Notes under the pieces: model-generated | Database searches by the model: none | The model's input: only the letters and a program-made list of their open reading frames with translations | What the model was told of the DNA's origin: nothing | Shown here: in pieces, positions 1-11,911 of the stretch | How positions within the stretch are numbered: the stretch's first letter is position 1 | Layout of the letters: the number at the start of each line of letters is the position of its first letter | Source: Chrysomallon squamiferum | Taxonomy: Eukaryota; Animalia; Mollusca | Assembly (NCBI GenBank): GCA_012295275.1 | Contig: CM022665.1 | Coordinates: 48,856,001 to 48,920,000, forward strand | Reading direction: 5' to 3' | DNA: 64,000 nucleotides | Program-made: the position numbers and the translations under genes

Positions 1-1022
1 TATCTGAGATGGATAGTGTAAACAAGATTCTGGAAAACATCATGGAGAAATGCAGCTGGGAGAAAACTGAAGAACTAAGATGTGCTCTCACTGTTTTGCA
101 TGAGGATTACATACTTAGACAAGCTGTAATTGAAAACAAGTTCAGAGATTACAAGGTGAGATTTACATTTTGAGATTATTTTAGTAACTTTCCACAGAGT
201 TAATAATTGAAAAATACACAGCTAAATGTTAGAAAAATAAATCTTATAAAGAAATAACATGAAAATTAATGACGTCAATAAACAAAAAATAAATATGACA
301 TCATCATATCAAGGAAAAGCAATCTGTGTTACAATAATATGTTGAATATATCAAAATATTTGATTAAATGTAGAAATAGTTATAATTGTAATCAATTCAC
401 TTTTGAAATGCATGGTACATGGCACATGTATATTTTTAATAGAAGATACAAATAGTATTTACGAATGCCAGCTTTTATTAAGAGAGCTAAAAAGAAATCT
501 GTTTTATACGAACTTGAAATCTAGTAATATTTGATTTGATAATTTCATGGTGGAAGTATTACTGTTATTCTCTTTTGTCATTATTTGTCTGTTTTGTAAT
601 TTAAATATATGATGACTATTTGTCCAATCACTGCTGATAATGCAATGATGGAATTAAAAACTTTACGAATCAAAGTTGTGGGCATTAGGGTGCATTTATT
701 TTCATTTGTCATTTTAAACTTATTGACTGCAAGAGGTTGTATGTAGATATTTCATTGATTTTTTCCTATTTAAAAGAACGTTTTAATTTAATTATTCTAA
801 CAGAATTTTTTGAATGAGAAAAGTAAAGATTCACCAGTCACTGAGAAACATGAACCATCTCCTGACATTGAATTCATGGATAATGATGACTTACACGAAG
901 ATGTTGTTCCTGATCCTCATTATAGGTATCAGCATCATGGACATGGTAGACACCAATATAAAAGAAGTCGACGCAAACGTGAAACATTAGCACCACGATT
1001 TCGGAAAGAAAAAAAATATTAG
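1..1022 (+). CDS. 3' end of an unidentified spliced gene; exons <1-155 and 804-1022
   Basis: Frame from nt 3 is open (SEMDSVNKILENIMEKCSWEKTEELRCALTVLHEDYILRQAVIENKFRDYK) up to AAG|gtgag at 155/156. A phase-0 acceptor ctaacag|AAT at 803/804 joins in frame to ORF 810..1022 (NFLNEKSKDSP...RKEKKY*). Family not recognised. Confidence 0.75.
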
Positions 1023-4000
1023 TTAACAGTAATAAGTCTTTACATTCTGAGCTTTTAAATGTTGTTAGTTAAATCTGGAATTATTAGCTACAGTGAGGGG
1101 TTTTCTGGCACATACAAAGTTGTGACATTTTTGTTGCACATTCTGCAGAATCGTAGGTATATTACTTTTGTACATGGTGTAAGTCATAATGTATAAATTA
1201 AATGTTTTATTCTCATCTTAGGTTCAAATGTTTTACATTTTCAGTAGTTTTTGTCAACATTTATATTAGAAAACATTTAAAACTAAATTCTTTGTTTCTA
1301 TTATTATTATTATATTTTTTTTTTTACATTTTTAATTATTAATCAGTGTATCTTAGAAGATATTTATTGCTGGTAATGAACTACAATTTCTTTGTGCCTT
1401 TATATAGGAATGGGCAACATCTTCTGTTTTATATAATAATATTGATTATATGTCATTAAGCTCTAGTAAGTATTCTGATTTATATTATCTTCTTAATCAT
1501 GAGACATTTCATATTATACAACAATAATGTCATGTATGTTGTGTTCAGCAAAAATAATAATGTTTTGGCAAAGGAACTTCATAGAGCAGTATGGATGAAA
1601 TAACAAGAGTAACTGTAATTCTTTGTACATCCGTATATTATTTGTTTTAACATGTTTGAGAAAAATAAAATTTATAAATGTTTTGTATACACAAAGACAG
1701 ATAAAAAAATAAAAGCCTGCTGAATCCACCATACTAATATGATGGAGAATTTTCTCTGACAAAAACTTACATAATTTTATTAGTTTATTTCATATTCATG
1801 TTTTACATTGTGAGAGGTTTTTTGGTAATCACACTTTAAATATAAAATGTATTTTTAAAAAAAAGTGTTTAAATAGTTCTACAAGTTTTTAATTATTTAA
1901 TAGTAATAGAATTATTTTTATATACCTTTGTGGTTTTAATTTTCTGGGTTGAATTTTCATTTTAACAAAATAAAATAACAAATTACCAGGGTTTTCAGTA
2001 GACTGATGATTGATAACTGAATACACATTTCAGTTCACTTCACTGGTTTGATCTGTGGTGATTTCTAAGTCTGCTTAAAAACACTAAAATGTTTAAATTT
2101 TGATTTAATGTATGCATCCTGTGGTAATTTGGGTTATATAATTTTGCCTTCAGATGAAAAAAAAAAAAAAAGTAATATATATATATATAATCAATGGCCT
2201 TTTTTTGAAGGATGTTGTTTTGGGTTGCTTTCCTTTCTTTCTTTTTGTTTAGTTTTACCTTTCAATTTTTCTTTACTTCAATTTTAGTCTGTTATGTTTG
2301 CAATTATAAGCAGGCTAGAAGTTTGTATGCTGAGAGTATTTACAGAATATACATGTTGATTATATACCAAATTCACATGTACAGAAAATGTAAAAAAAAT
2401 TGCAATATACAAAAACTTTAGTTAATTTTATTCTCAATAACTTCTCTTTATAGAAAATGATTCCTGGACATTATGTTTAATTTTTATACGAGTAGTTTTT
2501 AATGTCATTTTTATTTCTTAACAGTGATCACTGAGAAAAGATTAGTATGATTTAAATACATGTATATATTTATATGTATTTACATGTATATGAATGGATA
2601 ACAAATTATTTCTAGCTGGAATAATCAAAATCATGCATAAACAATGGCATTTTTTAAACTTTTTTATTTTAATGTGTATCTTTTTCAATAATTAGAAAAA
2701 ATAATTTCAGGTGTATCGACATTCTAAAAGTGTATAATCATGATTAATACATACTCACATTCATAGATACATATATACATACATGCATGCATACATATAT
2801 ACATACATATATTATTATTGTTATTATTATCATTATCTCTCTTTTCTTTAAAGTTGCAAATTGTCACCAGTATTAACAGATCTTGTTGGCCAAATAAACA
2901 TTTTTATGTAAATGAATATTTTACTACATTTTTAAAATTAAAATAAAGTTTTCCTTTTTTTATAGCATTTTAAAAAATAATATCTCTTAAAATTACATCT
3001 TTTGTGTTTTATTTTGAAGAATCTAAAATTGAAGACAAGAATTATTTTTTCAAGAAAAGATATATTTCAGTTTCATTTTATTTGACTCAAGATAATGGAT
3101 ATATTTAAAAATATATATATTATTTTAAATGAACATTAAAGCAACATGCTTCACATCACTTGAGATAAAGACTGTTTTTTATTCTAGGCACAGGTACAAT
3201 TGGACTTTATTTATGCTACTGATACTTAAGAAAAAAAATACAATAAATAAATAAATACATAAATAAATAAATAAATAAATAAATTTATATTTAGAAGTTG
3301 AAATTTTTATATAAAAAATTATTATCTGGCATGATAATTGTATACTGAAATTACAGTTATAAATTTTAAGTATAAAAGTAAAATCTATAATTTGCAAATT
3401 GTGTAGGAAAGTGTAAGAAAAAATGGTGATGAGTGGGAACAATATAATCAGCTGAACATTTTAACTGCATATTTATTTTTGCTTTGTTTGGGGGGTTTTT
3501 GGTGATTTTTTAGTTATATGTCATACTTGTTACATGAGAAAAAAAACAAATAATGTAAAAAGTAGTCATGTTTATAATTTTTAATCAGTACAATAAACTT
3601 CAATGACTTTAGCAATGTAGTTGAATCAAATGTTTACTCAGATGTTACTGTGCAAATCAGTTTTCTTCAGTGTACAAGTAAATTAATTATGTACTCATTT
3701 TTAACATAATTCGTCATTTATGTAAGAAACATATTTATCACTGAAAGTTTATATTTAACAGTATAATTTATTTTTGTTATCAAATGCAAATAGTCTTCAC
3801 ACACTCAACCAATGATTAATAAGAATTTCTTTTTGTTGTAACTGCATAGACATAACTGTTATTAGTTGTTATATGTAATAAATATACCAAATTCTAACTC
3901 TTCTTTATGAACATGATAAAATTGCAATATTAAAAAAGACTATTATAAACGACAATTCATACAAAGAAACAACATTCGTATGTACTTACATCACATAATA

Positions 4001-4926
4001 TTATATTATACTTGTAACACAATAATATTAATAAAAATGTCTTATACATCAGACAACTAACAAAAACTATTTATGTGTGAACCATTTATTATTTAAAACA
4101 AACTTATAATACTAGTAGTTGAAGGAAAAAACAGAAATTATATTAATAGTAATATTAATTAACTTACATTTCTTTTATTAATTTTATTAATAAAATGTGT
4201 TCAAATTAAATAATAATAAAATAACATAACATAATAAATAAAACTGAACTTACGTAGGCTGCTTCTGTTGTTGTTTGGAAAAGATCTTAAAACATTTAGT
4301 TTATGACAGAGAAAGCAGACGTGAACAGTTAGTTAAAAATAGAACAAACATAATAATCCAGGTCAGTGTCATAGGTCAATGGTCAAACGTCAAGTAAAAG
4401 TACGCCTGAGAAAATAAATCGACGAAATGTAATTTAATAATAAAATATATATATAGAATTAAATGCTAAAGCAACAAAAATTGGTTTCAGTTTTAGCTGT
4501 GCGTGGTATCTTAGATTTTATATATATATATATATATATATAAAATATTATTTTACATTATTGTTATTTCTATTTATATAATCAACAAAAAATTAAAGAA
4601 AATAAAAGAAAACAAGAAAAAGAAAAGTCATCATTTAATCTAATCATGAGTTACAAAATTAGCATTAGAAGGTTCGGAATAAATTATATATTACTTTCTT
4701 TTGCATTAGCTATTATTATTTCGGTTTTTTTTTTTTCTTATGAAAGGTAGACTGAACACAAGTATGGATTAACTGAATAATTCTAACTGTTACACGAATG
4801 CGCACATTTTTAATTGTCTAATTATAACTTCTGGTGTGTCAAAGGAAATTATTATTAACCATGTACTCAATATTCATCGCTAGAGTTCACTGATTATAAA
4901 TAACATATTTTTATTTATTTAATTTT

Positions 4927-5200
4927 TTTTGAATAATATATAGTTTTACTAGTTTGTGTACAGTTTGTTTTAAATAATATACAGTCTTGTTTTAAATAAT
5001 ATACAGTGTTATACTAGTTTGTGTACACGTTGTTTTGAATAATAAACAGTTTTATACTAGTTTTTGTAGTTGTTTTGAATAATATACAGTTTTATACTAG
5101 TTTTTGTACACGTTGTTTTGAATAATATACAGTTTTATACTAGTTTTTGTACACGTTGTTTTGAATAATATACAGTTTTATACTAGTTTTTGTACACGTT
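4927..5200. repeat. Minisatellite, ~43-bp unit (ttttgaataatatacagttttatactagtttttgtacacgttg), ~6 copies
   Basis: Direct tandem copies visible. Confidence 0.9.
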
Positions 5201-5362
5201 CTATTATATAAGATAAAAGTTTTGTTTTAAAAAATATATATTTTTTTATACTAGTTCTGCTAATGGTTAACTAAACAATGGGTAAACGTATGATCAAAAA
5301 TTAAATGTTTAATAAATACAGACTAAAGTTAAGAAAAAGTAAACATTTTACTACTTAGTTTG

Positions 5363-5365
<3 letters not shown>

Positions 5366-5447
<82 letters not shown>
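5366..5447. repeat. (AG)n microsatellite
   Basis: Perfect dinucleotide run; explains ORF 5360..5569. Confidence 0.98.
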
Positions 5448-5449
<2 letters not shown>

Positions 5450-5659
5450 CAAACACCAATAACTAATATTCAAAGAATACTGTTACCTCGCTTTTGTTTG
5501 GAAATGCTGTGTAACACGAATGGGAGACATGACGAGAAGAAGAAAACGTTCAAATTAATTTCAAAATAAATCTCTGAGCTTCTGTATTCTTTATTATAGT
5601 TTCGAAAATTGTAAAATTAATTTACAGCCAGCTGTAACAATGTTAAATTAAGAATTTGT

Positions 5660-8600
5660 TACAAAAATGATGTTATCATATTTTCCTGTAGTGATACAAA
5701 ATTAAATAAATCACAGCCTGGGTTTCTTCATTTTCTGAATTCCAGCTAATATCGATTTATCTTAATTTTTTTTTTTGTCACCGTTTTTCTTTGCAGTTAT
5801 AGCCAGCTTGAAAAGAAATATGTTGTCAATTTGTACCATGACAAAATTTCTTTTGGAGTATTTTCTATACAAAATAAAACTCTTTGAAAAAAAAAAGTCA
5901 CAAATTAGTATAGGATAAAATGTTACAGGAAAAAGTCACAATTTTTATATAACAAAATATATAGGTTTGTAGAGTATTGAATGTGGCCTCATAGCACGTA
6001 TGGGGTAATTGTTAAGCTTATTGATTAGGTCAAATAGGCTAGATTAAAGAAAGAGACTTTATATTATGCAGGGGTGATGCTTAGGTCTAGATTACTTATT
6101 AGGATAGATTTAAACAAAGGGCTTCCTAATGTCCCAGGTTAAAATGTGTTTCAGTATATATCCTCCAGCTTGCTCTAGTATCAGAAGCATGTTTTATATG
6201 TAAGTTATTCATAGCAATAAGTTTGGTAACAAAATCTGTTATGAGGGGTTCGTGTATATCAAACATGCAACTCGCAAAACAAAGTTGTGGTGGAAATGCG
6301 TCAGAATTTCTCCGTAGTATTGGGTGGAACATCCGCCTAAACCACCAACATTAAAATCAAAGAACATTAACAAAAAACTATATTTTTCATTGCTAATACT
6401 TTTCTTAATTAAAAATTGTGACTTTTGTGCTGTGACTTTTTTCCTAGATTCAAAATAACAGCCTTGTTAGTGTTAAAGAAAAGACAACTCTGTGCAAAGT
6501 TTACAGTTTATTGTGAGATGCTGTGACAGAAGCAGTGTGTAGTTTGACTAAAACGATTTTAAATTGCAATTTATTACTGAAGTACAAATTATATACAGTG
6601 TACACACTGTAATTAAAAATCACTCTCTGTAACAAATAATGTTCAGTAGTTTTAAACTGTTGTTTATTACTGAAGTATAAATAATACAGTAGACACACTG
6701 TAATTAAAAACACTCTCTGTAACAAACAATTTTCAGTAGTTTTAAATTGTCGTTTATTACAGAAGTCTAAAAAAAAGAGTACACAGTGAAATTAAAACTC
6801 CTTTGTGTTAAAAGTTGAAATGTTATCTTTATTTTAACTGCTGTCATTTACTATTTCCTAGAAATATTGACTTACATACTAGCACTGTATAAGCAAATAA
6901 GTTATTTCACAGGCCAATGCTGTTCTCTTAAAATTATTTAATTTATATAATTTAGTACTGATAAATTCTGTTATTGTGACAAACATACTAAAATATAATT
7001 AAAATTGATTTATTAAACAAATCTAGGTTATCGTCATTAATTATAAATGGATTTCATATAAGATGTTATCATTTACTACCTGATGTGATACAAAATTAAA
7101 TAGAGCTACAGCTGGACTTTTAAATTTTCTGAAATCCAGATAACTCTGATTTATTTAAAAATATTAATTTGTTCAGTTACTGCCAGCACGCATTAAAACA
7201 GTCGTTTGAAAAATTATAAAAAGTACATTTTTAATAATAAGAATTAATTAATTAATTTGAATAGATAAGCAACGTGTTATCTCATATGCGACAGTAGTTA
7301 TGTTAAAAGTATTTATTTTATTTGATATATTACTGATAACCTGTTTTACTAACAAGTAGATACTTTGTACCCTACAGTACCAAAAGTATTCATAACCATT
7401 AGCAAATATGTAATAAAAATGTTACGAAAATGTGCTTTATTTTAGAGTTGTTTACAAATATTCTTTTTAAATATTAAAAGTATTTAAAAAACGAAATAGA
7501 GAAATAAAATAATAAAATAAAATAAAAATTGATTTGTTTAACATCTATGGCAGTGTCATCAAGTCTGAATCTTGTACAAACACGATGTTATCATCTGCTA
7601 CCTGATGAGAAACAAAGTTAAATAAAGCTACAGCTCGACTTCTAATTTTTTAAGTCCAGATAACATCATTTAATATTAATTTGTTCAAAGTTTATTTTAT
7701 GGTTATGGCCAGTACTAAATAAATTTATCTTTCTGAAAATTTACAAAATACACTGAGAATTTTTTTTTTTAAAACCCACAAAACAAACACACACACACAC
7801 ACACACACAAAAAAAAAAAAAACACCTGTGGATACAGGATTAACAAAATAACAAATGTGTTAGTAGTGAAGAAAAGACAACTCTGTGTGCAGTCGAGAGG
7901 CATATCCACAGTGACAAGAACGTAGTTTGTATCTGCGGAATCACTTTCTAAGGTCAGAGGGTTAGTCGATAAGAGAGTGGCTGGGCAACAGAATGATCAG
8001 AGAATAAGGGTTTACAGACTATACAAAAGACTCTTCGTATGAGATTGACTGTACAACGTTGTGACGTTTTCCATTCATGGAAGTTATTTCCCTTTGTTCA
8101 GAGTTCATGTAAAAGCAGACGAGGTAAAAAAAAAAAAACGAACAGCGGCTTGCTGCTTTCAGGAATCGTGACATAGAGTGGAGGGAGTGTCATGGTGTGG
8201 GCAAAGATCTGTGGGTAGGAGAGGTCACAACCAGTCATCGTTAACGAAACCTCGATAACTCAGCATAACATCTATGACGTCATGCGTCCGAGTTTTCAAC
8301 AGCGGCGACATGGCTTCGTTTGTCAGCACGAGGCCAGACCCATACAGCGAAAATCGTGCCACACTTCCTAGCGACCAAAACTCAACATGTTACCGATAGA
8401 ACAGCTGTGAGACGTATATGTGCATGTCCGTGTGTTTTTGTGTGCCTCCGTATATGCATGTCGTCTGTATGTGTGTCGATGTATATACCTCTGTGCGTCT
8501 GTGTGTGTGTGTGTGTGTGTGTGTGTCTGTGTGTGTGTTATTAGATACTCCAAAACGCCTACATTTGTGATCCGCCATACCTTTTTGACCTAGTTTTAAC

Positions 8601-10030
8601 GCTTGATTTTATTCTCACTTTGAGCTCCTATCTGAATAAAAACTGCAAAAAAGAAAAATCCTTCAGGAACGATAACTCTTTCTATATAATGGTCGTCTGT
8701 TGAGAACATCAAAGCTATTGGAAAAAATGAAAAAATAAAAAAATAAAACAAACAAATAAATAAATAAATATATATTTTTGGGGGTTTCGTTGGTGTTATT
8801 TTTATTTTATTTGTTTCGTTTGTTTTGTTTAACAGACCTTGTCTCTGTGTTAAACATCTAAACAATCTATACAAAAAATAAAAAAAATTTAAGAACTATA
8901 TTTATTTATTCTACATTATAATTTGTATGCATGGGTGTTCACAAGACCTAGTCTCTTTCACTTGATTTATCTTTATTCAGCACATATCAATAAATATATA
9001 ATGAAGAAGAAAATGAAATAAATAAATCATACATTAACAAATAAAATGAAATTTAAAAATTGGTTTATTAAACAAACCTAGGGTAGTATTAATGTGCGTT
9101 GTTTCCCGTATAAATATATTATCATCGACTATCTGATCTGATACAAAATTAAATGAAGCTACGGCTTATTTTTTCCTTCTATGAAAACCATATAACTTGT
9201 TAGTTTGCCAAGTTTGTTTTCAAGTCAAGGTCTGCACTAAATAAAAATTATCGTTTGCAAAATTTACAAAACAGATTGTCCGTTTATAACACGACACGGA
9301 TACATTTAAAATTCAGTGATTTCATTTTATGAACAAAGTAGTTAGAATTAAAGAAACGACAACTGTGTACAGTTTACAGTTTATTCAGAAACGCTGTGAC
9401 GGCAACAATGAGCACTTTCAGTAAACAAGTGACAAACGGTTCACAACACATTTTGAGATAGCGTTAATAATACCTCCCAGTATTTTCAGTTTTCAGCAAG
9501 TTTTAAACTGTTGTTTATTACTGAAGTATAAATAATACAGTGTACACACTGCAACTAAAAACACCTCCTTGTAACAAGTAACTTTCAGTAGATTTAAATT
9601 GTTGTTTGTTATTGAAGTTTAAATAATACAATGTATACACTGTAACTAAAAACACCTCCCTATAAAACTGACTCTCAGTTATTTTAAATTGTTGTTTGTT
9701 ACTGAAGTGTAAATAATACAATGTACAGTCTGTAATCAAAAACACCTGATTATAAAAAATGTTATCTTTATTTTGTTTAAATTAAACTGATGCCAGAACT
9801 GTACCGAAATTATGTAACACTGTAAAGACCTACATGTTGGAATGTTGTTTTCTGCAAATACTGACACATTTACCATCAGTGTATAAGCAAACAGAAGTTA
9901 TTTCACAGGTCATTTATATCATTTAATATGGATAAATAATATGTATGAAATGCATACTTGTACACTTAAAACGAAAACCATTAATAAATATGTAAGAAAG
10001 TGTGCTTTATTTTAGAATTGTTTATAATTC
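5660..10030. repeat. Mosaic local duplications of two modules (A ~200 bp; B ~450-570 bp with internal ~89-bp repeats)
   Basis: Module A (gatgttatcat...gatacaaaattaaat...ctacagc...) occurs at ~5665, ~7010, ~7530 and ~9058. Module B (aaagaaaagacaactctgtg...ttattactgaagtataaataatacagtgtacacactg...gtataagcaaa...gttatttcacagg) occurs at ~6465-6915, partially at ~7860, and at ~9340-9910. Confidence 0.75.
5885..6447. mobile_element. Putative non-autonomous DNA element (MITE-like) bounded by inverted aaaaagtcaca / tgtgactttt subterminal repeats
   Basis: Left end has aaaaaaagtcaca...aggaaaaagtcacaattttt (~5890-5946). Right end has aaaaattgtgacttttgtgctgtgacttttttcct (~6411-6445), the reverse complement of the left motif. 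No coding capacity. Confidence 0.5.
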
Positions 10031-10138
10031 ATATATATATATATATATATATTTTTTTTTTTTAAAGTTTCTGACATCCTTTGACTTATCTAACTAAAAT
10101 ATCAATTTCTTTTCATCTCTTGAAAATACATTTCCAGT

Positions 10139-10266
10139 TCTGACTTATAAAGACTCACATACTGATCTAAACAGTAAGTCTGAACATGGATTATTTTTTC
10201 ATCTGACTTATAAAGACTCACATACTGATCTAAACAGTAAGTCTGAACATGGATTATTTTTCATCT
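10139..10266. repeat. Perfect 63-bp tandem duplication
   Basis: tctgacttataaagactcacatactgatctaaacagtaagtctgaacatggattatttttca occurs twice in tandem. Confidence 0.95.
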
Positions 10267-11643
10267 TTTCAAAATATCCTTTCAGTCCCAAATTAAAATG
10301 ATGACATTGTATAACAGTAGTCAGGATGTAGTTATTAGTAAATATCAGATAATTAACAACTGTTTAATACACATGCACAGAACTAATAAGTACAATATAC
10401 ATGGTGCTTACACATGGAACTGCTGTTTGCTGATTCTGTATTAATAAACATTTGACTATTTGCATTTTTAATAAGTTTAGCATCATTTCTTGTCAGAACA
10501 ATTTCTTTAGTAACACATTCACTGCTAATACAATACAGACTGATTTCTTGTGCATGCATTGACACAAAAACTTTGTAAGCAGACACAAATTTCTGCTTAT
10601 GAACATTTTCAATTTTCAATTTTGATTAAATGTAGTTAACAAGTTTTTTCAGGAACTGTTTAAAAAATTTAAAAGAACGACAAACCTGACTACATATTTA
10701 AAATGAATTAAAGATACAAACTTATGCTTACTTGAACTGAGCAAAGATTTTAACTAAACTGATGATATAAATTTATATTTTGATTTGAAAAAATAAAAAA
10801 TAAAAAATAAAAATGATTGCCTTTAGAGCAGCCTTTGTGCATCGACAACTTTCAAAAATCAAAAACGAAAAATAAATAAATAAATAAAACAAAATAATAA
10901 TATATATACAATAAAATTAAAATAAAAAATAAAAATTTTAAAAATTATAAAAAAAAAGAAGTTTTCAAACGTTTAAATGTGAGAAAATGAACAAACTGAA
11001 GTTGACAAAAAGTTAACAGAAAACACTAACAGCAATTATAGCAGTAATAAATAAAAACATTTGTGTTTAAACAGCTGTTAAAAATGTTGTCTTGTAGAGC
11101 AATTAAAAATAAATACAACATGTTTTTTTAAGACACCAAACAAGTAACATCATATCCACAGCTGGAGTACTTGAAAAATACTCGACTCCATTAAGAACAA
11201 GTAAACAAATAAAAAATATTTAGTCAACATTCTGTAAATTATTCTTTTTTGAAATTACTTCCAAAATAACAAAAAAACAAACAAAAAAACATATCATTTA
11301 CTAGTTATTTTTTTAGAATGATTAACGCACACATTTTTTGTTATCAATACAGTTTATTTAGCTTTGTTCACATACAAGGCAGCATTAAAATACAGTTACA
11401 GATACAAATTAGAGTTTCTCAGTACATGTGGAGCAATACATAGCGTAATGTTAAACAAGAACATTTAATACACTGAAACAGAATTATTAATTATTCACTC
11501 TTGAAGTTTATTCATAATTGATGTTTTAAACAAACAAAAAAAAAAATTCACTTTAACTTTGATTTTTGACCGAGAAAGAGTATCAGAAAACCAGTTACTG
11601 ATAAAATCTCAAAATCATGATAAACTATTAACAAAATATACAC

Positions 11644-11713
<70 letters not shown>

Positions 11714-11911
11714 TGAAACAAAAATTCTGTTAGCTTTCTAACAAGTCTTCAAAATGTGACTAATGAAAGATTTTCACAGTCATGTTGTTAATGCCAACAG
11801 CTCAAAGAGTTTGTCTTGTTACAAGTGAGCGTTTCACAAACAGGTGTGTTGTGTTCACATTCTGAAGTCAGGTAAGCAATTCACTTTGTGGGTTATTGTT
11901 GAGTTATTAAA

